Positions 1 through 12,922 of a stretch of 64,000 bases of DNA are shown piece after piece. A model generated the notes under the pieces. The model did no database searches. It was not told the DNA's origin and saw only the letters and a list, made by a program, of their open reading frames with translations. The first letter of the stretch is position 1. The number at the start of each line of letters is the position of its first letter. Source of the stretch: Parasitella parasitica NRRL 2501 (Eukaryota > Fungi > Mucoromycota). The stretch spans positions 164,276-228,275 of the forward strand of contig MU619257.1 of assembly GCA_025201805.1 (NCBI GenBank), given 5' to 3'. A program made the translations under genes and the position numbers.

Positions 1-537
1 TTCATAGGCTATGGGCTAGAAATAGGTACAAGCTTATACGAAGCAGTAGATGCTCAGTCATCACCTTCGGTATTTGATGTCTGCAAGGGCCAAACGCCGT
101 CATGGCTTTACATATGTCTGTTTCCCTTGATGGCAATCAGCATGTCAATCAATCTAGGCGCAACTATAAGACAATGGCCTTCGATGGTGTGTAGTTCTGC
201 TATCGGCTTTGGCGTGTCTGTACTATCAAGTAAATTCATTACCAATCTACAGATTGTGGGCACCATTAGTGCATTCTCGGTTGGTTTATTTGGTAATTTT
301 TACTTTAAACTGACAGGTGATCTAGCCTTGGTGCCGCTTTCATGCGGCATCGCATCTCTGGTGCCTGGAAGTATTGGTATCCAAGGGGCCTATTTCTTAA
401 TTCGACAAGATGACAAAGGAATATCTTTTGCGACACAAATGGTAGTGGCTTCATTAGGTATCGCCGTTGGCTTATTTGCTGCTACATTGGCTGTATCAGC
501 AAGAGAGCGCAAAAGAGCTGCTTATTTGTCATATTAA
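1..537 (+). CDS. ThrE/Prm10-like (threonine/serine exporter family) membrane protein, 3' part; gene starts upstream of window
   Basis: Frame 1 is open from base 1 (FIGYGLEIG...) to TAA at 535-537. Multiple hydrophobic helices and an 'LVPGSIG' motif typical of the ThrE_2/Prm10 C-terminal half. Confidence 0.7.
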   Translation, partial: FIGYGLEIGTSLYEAVDAQSSPSVFDVCKGQTPSWLYICLFPLMAISMSINLGATIRQWPSMVCSSAIGFGVSVLSSKFITNLQIVGTISAFSVGLFGNFYFKLTGDLALVPLSCGIASLVPGSIGIQGAYFLIRQDDKGISFATQMVVASLGIAVGLFAATLAVSARERKRAAYLSY

Positions 538-600
538 GTTATTTATTTACAAGTGTGAAAATCGATAAAAGGGGTAAAATTGTCTAATTTTTGTGTATTA

Positions 601-2116
601 TTATTGTTGCTCGTCTGCCATTCTCTTCTTTTTCTTTCTAATATGTGTTTTTGCTCCGAATTGTTTATCGTGCAGTTGCTGATGCATGTTAGAATCAAAA
701 TATCAGAATGCCTTTAAAATAAAAACTTACCATGCTAGCCTCACGTTTAGCAGCAGTAACTTCAGATAGCTCTTCTAAAACTTCGCCTTCATTCACTTCA
801 TACTTTTCCATCTTTTTATCTACGCCATTCGGTCAGGGACAAATAATTGTTGGTGTAGTTACATTAACTTACTGATATGCTCCTCAATATTCTGCACAAG
901 TTGGATGTCCTTTTCAGCTACGATTGAAATGGCCTTACCGCCTCTACCAGCACGAGCGGTACGACCCACACGATGGATATAATCTGTTGGATCACGAGGA
1001 ATGTCGTAATTCAACACACACTCCACTGAAGGAATATCCAAACCACGAGAACCCACATCTGTAGAAATCAAAATCTTGATGACTTCTGCCCTGAATTTAC
1101 CAAGTGAATTCAAACGCTGTTGTTGTGACATTTCAGAATGAAGTGCTGTACAACGAATCCCCAACTCCTTCAACATGACTGTCATCAGCTCAGCAGTTGA
1201 GCATCTGCCACAGAATATAATGATTGATTTATCCTTTAAATCATCCGTACGTAAAAGATGTGCCAGATAAACCATTCTGACCTGAGATGGGACTAGCACG
1301 TAAAACTGATCCAGCGTGTGGACTGTAGATGTGGACATGTCGCAAATATGCACAAAAGGTCGTTTCTTGGGATCTTCCTCTGCATCACGCAACGCTAAAA
1401 TTGATTCGGTCATTGTAGCTGTGAACAGTAACGTCTGTCTTTGCTTGGGTAACAGCGGTAAGATCACCTCCAGTTCAGGTACAAACGTAGATGTGAACAT
1501 ACGATCTGCTTCATCCATGACCAAAAATTTACAGCGTCTTAAATCCACGGCTCCGGAACTACTTCTTATATGATCGCGAAGACGACCAGGTGTAGCTATA
1601 ATAATATGAGGTCGCTTTGCAAGCTCCAATGCCTGTGCCATCATGTCTACCCGCAATTATGTCAATTATCGCATTGAGGCCCAAATTTTAAGCCAACTTA
1701 CCCATGCCTCCCACAACAACACACTCCTTGACGCCCATGCCTTTTCCAAGCGCTCTAAATTGCTCGGCAATCTGGAATGCGAGTTCTCTGGTAGGTGTCA
1801 AGACCAGAGCGAACACACCATAAGGGTCTTCTGATAGTTTTTGCAAGATGGGAAGAGCAAATGCAGCGGTTTTACCTGAACCTGTCTTGGCACCGCCAAT
1901 GACATCTTTTCCAGCTAAAATGGGAGGTATACAAGCTCTTTGGATCTCGGTAGGTTCCTTGATAGACATGGCTTTCAGTGAATCACTAAGCCATTCCTCA
2001 ATGCCAATGTCCGTAAAGCTGCTTCCTTTGGGTGCAATTATTTGAATCTTTTTTTCAGGTCCTTTCTTTTGAGATGCTGCGACTCTGCTTAGTGTTCTAT
2101 TCGGTAATGTTGCCAT
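601..2116 (-). CDS. DBP8: DEAD-box RNA helicase Dbp8/DDX49 (4 exons)
   Basis: Q motif [45 protein letters not shown] (MDEADR), [18 protein letters not shown]. Last exon ends ...[10 protein letters not shown] (TAA 603-601). Confidence 0.92.
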
Positions 2117-2305
2117 TTGTATCAGAGATGGTTGCTAATGTCAACGAAAAAAGAGAGGAAGAAAAAAAAAAAAAAAAGGGTCAGTTGCAATGCAAAAAGG
2201 TCACATCCCTTCATGGTCACACGCCTGTCAATGCAAAGTGATCTGCATGTAATCCATTATAGTACAGTAACTTGAGAGATTGGCACACATAATGCAATTT
2301 ATTCT

Positions 2306-4262
2306 TTAAAGGTAGTTATGCATCCATTCATTTTCATTGTTAATAGAGGAGACTGTTGAAGAACTCTCTGTCCTTTGTGGCGCTATTTGTGCAGCCCTTT
2401 TTTGCTCTTCCTGTACGGTTGTTTTTACTCGTGTCGCAACATCATTAAACATTCGAATACCATTGCCTACGACTCCTTCTCCAAAATTCTTGACGTTTTT
2501 CCCTATTTCAAGGACTTTTGTAAAGTCAAATAGCTCCTCGTCTTCCTGATGAACTTTTTCTTCTTCTTCTGGTATCAATCTCTTAGAGATTAAATTTCTG
2601 TTGCTTGTTGGTGAGGACGATGGCTCTTGCATAGGTTCAGCTAGCGCCGAGAATAGAGAAGAAGGTGAGAATGGGGTTGGCAATAAGGATGATTGTGCAT
2701 TTGAAGACGTGGAGGCATCCGTTGCCATGCTACTACCGCCAATTTGATTCATAAATCTAGCGAGCGTTGGGACTGCATCCATAAATGAGCTGGTTCTTCT
2801 ATGCAGTATAGGAAGGGGCTTTTGAGTGGAGGTTTTGCTGGTGGTACTATTCAACATGTGTGAGCGAATGATGAAATAAAACAGTGTATATTATACAAAC
2901 CTGCCTGATTTCGCTTCTTCCATTTTTTTCAACATCTTTTCAGCACCGACTTCTCCCTCTTCCTCATCTCCTTCATCATCAGAGTCAATGCTCATGATAA
3001 TGTTCTTTTTGATAAATGCCAATTTCTCAGTGAAATCATCCAATCTGTCTCCCAAAATAGACTGAGCGATAGAAGTTCGTTTATCATCTGTAACAGCTGC
3101 CAGAGGTTTTGCCTTAATCTTCTGCTCTTGAGGATCGCTATTCAATGTGCTCAAAGGATTACCCTCTCGTAACTGAACGTGATCTATTTCACTCGTTTCT
3201 GCGCTAGTTTCTGTCGCATTGAATGAAGATGTTCTCTTTCCTTGTTCCTTTTGCCTTTTCAAAGCTAAATAATCCTCTTCTGTCATTGAGAATCGTGAAA
3301 CTCGACTATCTTCCGGGATTTTCTGTGCAGACATGAGTGGCTCTTCTCCATACATAGACTTTTCAAATGAGGATTTTTTGTATATCAGCGCAGATGGCAT
3401 TTCGCTGGATATTTCTGATAATGGAGGCATATGCAATATTTCTTCTTCGATCTGTGGAATTTCTTCTCCTTGTTCTTTGCTGTCTTTTGATATGGTAATA
3501 TTGTTGGTATTCTTGTTATGATCATTTAGTACAGGATTTTTCTGCGTAATTAAAGCATCCTCTGATAAATCAGATTTGGTATCATCATCTTTGTTATTAC
3601 CATCATTTTCATCCCCGTATTCCTCATTGTTACTGACATAACATCCATCTGCTATAGATTTGGTGCTATCCTCGACATCTTCATTATCTCTATAAGGTTC
3701 TGTCCAGTCGGGTTCGTTTCCATACCTTGTAAAGGAAGATCGAGTAAAATTTGCTAGCTCTTCTTCTCCAGAAACCTACGTTGCAAATATTAGGCCCCCC
3801 ACAATGAAAGAATTTTTTCGTCTCTTTTAATTAGCTTACTTTTGGTGTAAAGCTGTCTATTCGATGTTCTTCTGTTGCAAATATTTGCCTGTTGCTGGGA
3901 ACACTCTGGTTTCCTTTATTCGACGAGACGCTAGCAAAAGGGTTTCGAGATAATGATGCCTGGGATCCCCCTTCTGTTTGCAAAAATACACTTGGCAAGT
4001 TATCATTTCGATCATCCTCGTTGTGTGTGTGGAACAAAGATGAAGAAAAATTCGGCTGGCTGTAATCCTCATCATTACTGTCATTGTCTGAATCACCTGG
4101 CAATCGAATTTCACCTCCACCTTTACCGAGGCTGATATGGCTACAGCAAGGAATAGACCATTTTGAGGAGTTTCTTGCAAAGACAGACTGGCTTTGAGAG
4201 GCACTAACCTCGTCTTGGTCTGTTGACAAGTGGATACTGGATTTTGGTTGAAACAAAGACAT
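2306..4262 (-). CDS. Hypothetical acidic, low-complexity protein (about 3 exons)
   Basis: Consecutive minus-strand ORFs (3831-4463, 2891-3436, 2306-2857) linkable by GT-AG introns near 3780-3839 and 2850-2900. ATG at 4262 (MSLFQPKSSIHL). No recognisable domain. Confidence 0.6.
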
Positions 4263-5027
4263 TCTGCAGGTGAATATGAAAAGTAAAGAGCAAAGAGAAA
4301 AAAATGGAAAGTTACATATATACTGCTGTAACGTATCACAAAATCGCTTGTGTGGTACAATGAAATTAAAAAAAGAAATATACTGAAGTGATAAAAGGCG
4401 CTTGAGCGTTAAGGGAGAATTGATTGACGGAATCTGCATTATCATATAACAGCAATATGTCATCTTTTATAATGTACACTTGAGTTTTGGTGTAATATAA
4501 TGGCGACATGTCGATTCTCTGTATTTGCCCGCACAGCTTTAAACCAACCATCTACAGTGCCCAAGGAAGCGACTGAGAATGTTCCAGGCTTGCATAAATC
4601 CGCCGCTTAGTTTCGTTTTTGGAATACGTCTGACGAAATGTGACATAACGTTGGTTGCTGAGCACTGGTTTGCTTCACAATTTCCAGTCTTGAGTATACA
4701 TGCAAAACTAATTTCATCGTACAGCACCTTTGACATACATAATGCTTATGGTATCGTTGATACTATGAGCATATCTTTAAGAACATAGCAAATAGATCAT
4801 ATAGTCGCTTTGCTGATCAAGTACTGAATTACATCTGAAGGTCAAAATGCATTGTCATGTATTTGAAACTGAGAGAATCGAATCACAGTAAACTTTGGTC
4901 ATATGTTAAAATCTGTCATAGTATGATTTTTACTATTGAAAAGTTTAATTACAAAAAGGATGGAAATTTAAAGTAACAATGTGGTGTATGTGATAAAAAG
5001 AGATATAGTGTACAAAGAAAGAAGCAT

Positions 5028-5764
5028 TTAAGCAGAAGCAGCGTCTATATTATACCAAGGAAAAAATCAATATAATTACTTTCTCCCACACATTTTCAAC
5101 AACTTACATCCAATGACACCACAAGCCAGACGGTCACCAGAATTGCCAGTTGTTTTGGATAGAGGAGAGTTACCTAAACCAAGATCATCCTCACCAGCGT
5201 GGAGTACAATACCTCGACTGCATGAAAAATTAATAACGAATGTCGTATTGAATATCTGTATATCAGAGCTTACCCAATAACAGAGAAAGGACCATTCAAA
5301 TGAACAGTGCTAATGGTAAGATTGAGTGTAGCAGTGCCATCAGCAGTAGCTACAATGTTACCAAAATCACCAGCATGTCTTTCATCACCCTCAGTAGAGC
5401 CGTGAGTATGATTAAAGGGATTATAATGAGGGCCAAGCGAAGTACAACCTGATTACAATGAGTTAATGTACTGATAAAATAGACAATGGGCATAATTACC
5501 ATTGGAAAGGTCACCAAGTTCATGAATGTGAAGACCATGTTTACCTTCAGCTAAACCAGTAAAATTGGCAAAAATTTGGGTTGGGTCTTGAAGACCAGTT
5601 TGAGTGAAGATAACAGAACCAGCGATACCAGGATCAGTGATACCAGTAAGGATTGCAATGGCCTTAATAGTCTCGTGTTGCATAAGTTGAGAAGGCTTAC
5701 AGGCAACAGAAGATAGGGCAGTTGCAATCAGAGCAGTGGCAAAGGATGCAATAGAAAATTTCAT
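5028..5764 (-). CDS. Secreted Cu/Zn superoxide dismutase (4 exons)
   Basis: Signal peptide [22 protein letters not shown]. Spliced protein has [54 protein letters not shown] and ends YAASA* (TAA 5030-5028). Confidence 0.93.
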
Positions 5765-6352
5765 TTTGTATCAAGAATTGTGTGATAATGAAAAGGAAAC
5801 GAGAAAAAAAAGGAATTGTGCGCATCCAAGCTTTATTTATGAATGCATTTTATTGTTGCTTTTGTTTTGGTTTGATAGGTTTAAATTGACTCCCAAAATA
5901 GCAACGCAATGAACTAAATCTGTTTCGTATAAAAGAAACCTTTTAGGCACAACAAAGCTTTTAATCTGATAACAAAAACAAGAATTATTTTGTGGAGTTT
6001 TATTAGAATTTAAGACCGAAGATTCCATCTGATGAAGAAAATGGCTACAATTTACTATGATGTTAAGGCAAAAGGAGAATTTAATAAATAGCGGTAGTAT
6101 GGCTTGAATATAATTGAAATTATTTTCAAAATGAATCACACCTACTATACGTTAATAGGCACAAAGAAAGATACTAATTGATGAGGACAAATCTAATAAT
6201 AAAACAATAGAGCTTAGATAATATTTGCTTAGATCGTTGGCTGAGTAAATTTCTTGTGAAAGAAAAACCTTCCCAAAAGACAAGGCTGAGTAAAGAGTAT
6301 ATAGAAGAAATAAATATAGATGTTTAGAAACAGAGAAAAGATACTAGCACTT

Positions 6353-7080
6353 TTACACGAGCAACCAATTCACCATAGAGGCACCAGGATCTTGGGGAGT
6401 AGGAGGAGGGACTTGTTCATGAAATAAGTGATCCATTTCATGGATTCTTGGTTTTTTAACAGGTAGATGCTTTCGTAAATAGGATAGTGGATCTTCAATT
6501 GATAAAGGCATTTGTAGTCGACTGTGCATATGGAGACATTCAATAGCATGTTTACGTGTAAAGTTTTCTAGCGAATGATAGATGCAGGGACGAGGAATAC
6601 CACCAGGCAACCAACTAAGACGCCAACCGAGGATTTGACTACGTTCAATATTTGTCATCAGCAAGAAAAGAATTGGGTCTATAATCATTTCAGGGGTGCA
6701 AGCAGATATCTATTTGGAATTTGTTCCAGCGCAGAGGGTTTCATAGCTATCTTCGAGAACCTTTCGTTTGAGTTGTTTGAAGGCGCGTTGACCAAGGTAT
6801 CTGCAATCGGGGCACATTCTTTCCAGAGAGGGTTTTAAGTACCAATTAGACTAGTCGATGTTTTGATATGTGGGAATAGTATCCTCAGCAGTGTACTATA
6901 TCATCCGGCAAATCAAGGGAGCAAATTACGTACTTGGTCCGGAGGCTCCTAGACCTATCTGTCATTGATAATTGTTGTACCAGATGTAACATGACTTTAG
7001 TGGAAGATTTATGAGAACCACCGCAAATGCGCCGAATGCATTCATTTTGACAAGCTTCAAGTTTCTTAAAGTGAGTGGTT
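6353..7080 (-). mobile_element. Degenerate 5'-truncated non-LTR (LINE-like) retrotransposon, C-terminal ORF remnant
   Basis: Minus-strand fragments THFKKLEACQNECIRRICGGSHKSSTKVMLHL and ERSQILGWRLSWLPGGIPRPCIYH...RKHAIECLHMHSRL resemble post-RT and C-terminal Cys/His regions of Mucorales LINE ORFs. Broken by frameshifts and stops. Confidence 0.7.
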
Positions 7081-7549
7081 TGCAGTCTTTTCCTTTCATT
7101 TTCAGACTTTTATTATGCTTATTCGATACTCTAAGATTATTTCTTGGATGTAGTGAATAAATAAATTATAATTTGAAAATAAAAGACAAGAGATTCTGCC
7201 AAGGTTGTTATTTATTCAGAGCATATATATACAATCTTTGAACGAGTGATATGAATTTATTGTTCATTCAAGACATTTATATTTCGTATCGTAAGATTTA
7301 TGGTCGTCAATGGAGAATTAAACTTGGTCTAGACTGTTTGACCCAAAGTTGCCATTACGTACATTGGCTTTTGCGAAAATCACTTGTACCAAAAAGAGAA
7401 GCGAGTCCACCACTTGATAATTTCTGTGGCTATGTCAAAGCCTGCCAGTATTGCCAAACCTAACTTTTGCATACAATTTTATTAGTCAAACATTAGGCAA
7501 CATTATAAATAAAGAAAAAAAAGTAGTTCGCAATAAAGTGGGATGATAA

Positions 7550-7877
7550 TGCAGAAACTGACCCAAGACGAGAGCATTGCACTCGAACGTAAGGATTCAG
7601 TACACCTTCAGGAGTAGCGATGCTATCCTAAAGGCCTCTTGCAAAAAAGTCCATTGTAGGTGCAAAAACTGACCCAAGACGAGAGCATTACACTCGAACG
7701 TAAGGATACAGTACACCCTCAAGAGTAGCGATGCTATCCTAAGGGCCTTATGCAAAGACAGTCTATTGTTGCCGATCACTACTGTAGGTGCAGAAACTGA
7801 CCCAAGACGAGAGCATTACACTCGAACGTAAGGATTCAGTACACCTTCAGGAGTAGCGATGCTATCCAAAAGGCCTC
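7550..7877. repeat. Three near-identical ~89-bp direct repeats separated by 22- and 39-bp linkers
   Basis: Unit TGCAGAAACTGACCCAAGACGAGAGCATTRCACTCGAACGTAAGGAT...GATGCTATCC..AGGCCTC starts at 7550, 7661 and 7789. Confidence 0.95.
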
Positions 7878-8762
7878 ACACACCATCAATTTAGGAAAAT
7901 TAAATGAGAGGATACTTATCTTATATAAAAAAGACCATTTTTAAAAAAAAGTAGTGAAAGTGAAAAAATATGGATGATGTTAGTCATAAAATGAGCATGC
8001 TTTGCTAAATGAAACGCGGTTTTGCAAGCACGTTATTTCTTTCAACTAGATGGTATACTGTCTGTATTACTATGGTTATTTATAAAGGACAAAAAGGTAA
8101 TATATCTTTTGGTATTATTTCTTTTCACATAAGGGTTTCAACTCCAACTTTTATAATTTAAAATCTTGGCATCAGATCTATGTTTTTAAGTCTTAAAGTT
8201 AACCTAATATCATAGAAATATCACAATTTATAACGGAATGCGTTAAGCCAACGTTGATTGGGTTTTTGCGAAGATATAAAGACTTATTGGCTTGCTGGCA
8301 TGAAGAGAAAATTGACGACGTAGAATTTCGCAAGTTATGGACTGAAAGATTTAATTCGATGTACGAAACCATGGCTCACTGCTCATAAGTGGGGTCCTCT
8401 AATCCAATCATAACCTCTAGTTTACAGGTTATTGGGTTTAAATGTGGTTTTAAGCCAATAAAATTGAGCAATTAATTCTAAACGACCAATGAAAATGCTC
8501 AAAACGAGGTTACTGGGTTTCAAATAGTTCAATTAATATCCTATCTCCTGGATCACAAAATACAACATCAATCGTCAATTGTGATGCGCTGTCCCAAAAC
8601 CCATGAAGCGAGGGGCACACAAAGTGTATAAAATAAGCGTTGGTTTGGTTTATTGCTGTCTCACTTGGAAAGATTCAAAATATACAAATTTTGGATACAA
8701 CGCATAAATTTATAAATTTACGAAAGCTTTACTTTGGACAACATCTTTAAAATCTCTTTACA

Positions 8763-11700
8763 ATGACAAAATCTACAGGCAAAGGTCGTGGCCGTCTTGC
8801 AGGCTCTAAAAATAAACCAAAAAAAGATGCATCGCAAAAAAGAATGGATGCATTCACTCAAAAAAAGTCAACTCAAGAAGAAATTTACTCTGGAAACTCC
8901 AATTCTACCAACTTTTCAAGTATTAGTGAATCTACGTTTTCTCCAGAGGTAGGTGAACATTGCGTAGACAATCAAAAAGTGTCAAACCTCTCATACATTC
9001 CAATAAAGAAAAATTCAACTGCAAGTAATGCAGACTTCTTGCCCTCAAGAAGCCAAGAAGAAAATGGCGCCTTTGAACCTCTGGACTACGAGGAAAGTGA
9101 TGATAACCAAGAGGACGATGATGATCTTTACATTGATCGTGACTCTATTGAAAGAGAAGAAGAAGAATTTATTGCAATTGTTGAAGGTAGTCCTGTTGAT
9201 GAATTGACTAAAACAATTCTTGAAAGACTTGGAAGATCTGCCAACCGTGGCGAACCTCCATCAGAATATACAGTTGGCAGGACCTTCTGGGTGTCCAGTA
9301 CATGTCCAAGTTTTGCTCTGCAAGGGAATCAAGCACCGAAACCCAAGGATCTATATACACCTAGAATGTTTTTACGGTTTCCACAATATTTGACGGGCAA
9401 TGGAAAAAAGCTACTTTGTAGTGTACCTAAATGCAACGGACATCTCAATGTGAAAGGCTTTACACCTAAAGCTCGTCGAGTGATTGACATTAAAGAGTAA
9501 TTATATTTATGCTATGCTAGCTATAATATTAACGCATTAATTGTATTTACACTGTATTTTCTAGCTCTTTTTACATGCTGACATCTCGTTTCGTTTGCTC
9601 CAAATCTGCCCAGCATAACTTTACTGGTTATGACAATAATCTCATTCGCCAGTTGCCTCTTCGAGTGCAAAATGATTTTCCGGCTCTGCTTACATTGAAG
9701 TCTGGTCTATCTTCCTCTTTAGTCGATTTAATACGTCCATTGATGCAAAACTCTGTTGGTCCTGGAAGAATACATAAGATTCTAAGAGGACTCCATCGCC
9801 TACGATATGAAAATCTTCAATTTCAATATCTCGATGCTGCCCTTGAGTACAAAAACTCGTCTTCTGGCTTAATAACATATAAGGCAGCTGATTTTTCAGA
9901 ATTTGAAGATTCAAAGGGATACTCTGGCCGTGTGCCTTCAGCTGTGTATATTGGTTATGTGTATACTTCGTATATGGAAAATCTGAAGGCAAAAATTGAT
10001 TCAGAAATGATGAAGCTTGGCGGTGTTGTGTTAAAAGGAGATCACACCTTCAAAATTATTAAAAAAATAGCAAAACTCAAAGGTGTCTCCATATTCACGG
10101 CTCTTTACACCGTTTGTAACGAATTTGAGGAGATTCGTATGATGGTTCTTGCCCCAACAAAGTCCATACTGCATTTGGAAGAACGCTTTCTAGAGATGAT
10201 GAAGACTTATTTGAAAAACGAGGAAGAAAAACCTCGTATTTTCTACACTGATAATGTCGTGGCTGATCAGCCAAGTCTGGAACGATGGATTCCATCATTG
10301 AAAGAAAACGTCCAGCATACCAACGAGGAGCTTGAAGTCAATTCAGGCCTTCCAGCTTATACACTTCCTGATGATGTCTCCATTATATACCTGCAATCTG
10401 CTGTACAAATTAATACAATGGCCTCAAGATTAATTGATTGCTTGCATGCAGATATCAGTGGTCGCATTATACCGATACACGTAGGCTTTGATTGCGAGTG
10501 GACAACAAAGTATATCAACAAAGCTTCGTTTAGGCAGAAAATATCATTGATACAAATTGCATTCAAAAAATCTGTATACCTATTTCATCTTGGTAATACC
10601 CATCAAATGCCTGGTCAACTGAAGCTCTTGATTGAAGATATCAATGTCATTAAAGTGGGACGTTGTGTCAAACAAGATTTGCAGAAACTTGAAGCTGATT
10701 ACCATGTTGACAAAGCTTCATATCACCCAAAAGCTTTTCTTGATCTGGGAAGTAGATATATGGAAATGGGCCATACAGACTCATTAAAGCAATGGTCACT
10801 TCAGAAACTTTGCGATGATGTCTTGGGTAAATACCTAGCTAAGCCCAGTAGCGTACGCTGTGGCGATTGGCAGGCTACTGTTCTAGATGCAGATCAAAGG
10901 AAGTATGCTGCTATTGATGCCTACGTTGCTCTGGATTTGTTCGAAAAATTGAAGACTCTGAAAATATTAAACCGCCCAGTAAACCAAAAATCGAATGTTG
11001 ATACTATTGTCAACGTGTACGCCACACCAAAGACTTGCCGTGGGAAACAGCTAGCGGTTGGAAAAATTGTAGAGTCTCCTGATGACAATATAAACTGTAA
11101 AAACTGTGTAGCAGTTCAAGTATCAAAGGTCTTTAGGTCTGATTCATATGCTCCAGTGTGCCATCATGAGAACAGAATCTCTAGTAGATTGAAAAAAACG
11201 TTTACTGCAATGAATGTGGAAGAAAACACCACAACTATACGTCTCAGCCAAAGGTGCTTGAAGACTACTAAACTGAAAGTTGAAAACATCTCATTATTGA
11301 AAAGCACAACCTCTCCAACTCTTGTGTTAAAAGACCCGTTCCATTTGATGGACTCAATACCTATCTCTGAAAAACATGGTGCTCACAAAATTTTTATGTC
11401 TCGGTTTAGTGATGCCCTGTTTGTTCCAAGTATTGAAGACAAGAAAAAAGTAGGAGACGCTTTAAAACTTCAGAACACAACATATGAAATCGTTTCGAAG
11501 GAGAGCCCTGTTTGGATTGCAAAGAGGGTACGCAGAATCATCCCTAGACCAAACGATTTGTTGCCAGTTATTGAAAAACTGTTTAAAGAGTTTGAAGGCA
11601 CTGAGTGTGCAAAGACCGGGCTACCGCTTTTTGACAAAGCGTGTAAGGCACAGGCTGTCAAGGTCCTCAATGCTATTAGCAGAGGCCATGTATCCGATCC

Positions 11701-12678
11701 TGTTGGCATTCCATTATACCACATTCGATACGTTGATGGGTTGGGGTTGCCCGTGTATAGGTGTATTCGTGGCACAAACAGTTTGGAAGGAGGCGTACAT
11801 ACAAACATCATTAGAAAATTTTCAATGTATAACGCTTCTCCAAGGCTTGCTGATTGTCTGCTGACTGATTATCGTCTTAGACATAATACCGATGTGAGTA
11901 ACATATATTTTGATGCATGTTCTATTTTAATGAATTGTAAAATTATTAATCAATAGGTTGGATCTCTTAATCGTTATAATGTGGTTCACAAGACCCATTA
12001 TAACCCCTGGCTGGTCCAGGGAATTAATCATTTAAAAAGTGAGCTAGGTATGACTGTAAAAGGCTCATACTATGACCCTGATAGTAATAGTATACATTTC
12101 TTTCCTGTTGGAGAGACTTTTGGTATCTGCCCTGTCCCTGATTTTACCAAGCATCATTTGGAAATGATCTCACAAGATTCTGACGCAGACTCTATACCAT
12201 TTATATCTCTACAACGATTCAAGATGTTTTACAGATATGTGCACTATCGATGGTATCTGTTCGTAGACTGAAAATGTCTACGTATCAATATCTAGCGTAC
12301 ATGCAAAATACCCAATACCCGGTTTTACCCATTCATACCAAAAATGAACAAGACAAGTTCTGGACACTATACACTCAACTAAAATCAGTAAATAATAGAG
12401 CAAAACCTGATTTTGTAAAAATGGCAAAGGAATGGTGTCGAAGCACAAACATCCAAAACCAAGCACTTCCTGATGGCAAAATACCAGTTGACTTTTATAA
12501 GATTCCCGAGTTACTCGAATCTTTCTTCAACAAATCACAAAATAATGATATCTATGTCAACACCACCAAAATATCGAAAAATGCAACCAAGCTGGCTGCC
12601 ACAAAAAATGCTGTCAATCCTGAAAAGCAAAACCGTCAAAAATGTAAATTCTTCAACAATGCTGAGATACCAAATTAA
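8763..12678 (+). mobile_element. Large DNA-transposon gene: DUF6729-like N-terminus, DDE transposase of the C/DxxH type, and an inserted DEDDy 3'-5' exonuclease; probable frameshift near 12230-12270
   Basis: Exons 8763-9496, 9565-11893, 11957-~12250 (introns 9497-9564 and 11894-11956, both GT-AG), then a shifted frame to 12678. Motifs: RRVIDIKDSFYML, GDHTFK, FYTDN, KDPFHLM, RGTNSLEGGVH, YLAYMQNTQYPVLPIHT. Exonuclease motifs VGFDCEW, QDLQKL, YAAIDAY. Confidence 0.75.
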
Positions 12679-12922
12679 CTTTTTAGTGTATATGGTTATA
12701 ATATCTTAGAATAAATACACTATAATCAGCAAATAAACTGTGCGCACCTGGATGAATTAAAAGTTGTGTAATGACTATACATAGATCAGATCAAAATAAA
12801 TTTTACAGCTACAAATCCTTTTAAGTGTATATATTAAGATAATAAGACCATTATATCATAATAGCTCTCGAAAGCTGGTTACATATGATGCATTTGCCTA
12901 CCATAATCGATAGTTCAAATTA

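Noticed and set aside
7550-7877. CRISPR array
   Set aside because: Eukaryotic context, 89-bp repeats are too long, the linkers resemble each other rather than being unique spacers, and there are no cas genes.
9575-11956. Host Werner-syndrome helicase/exonuclease gene
   Set aside because: No RecQ helicase motifs; the exonuclease is flanked by transposase-type motifs.
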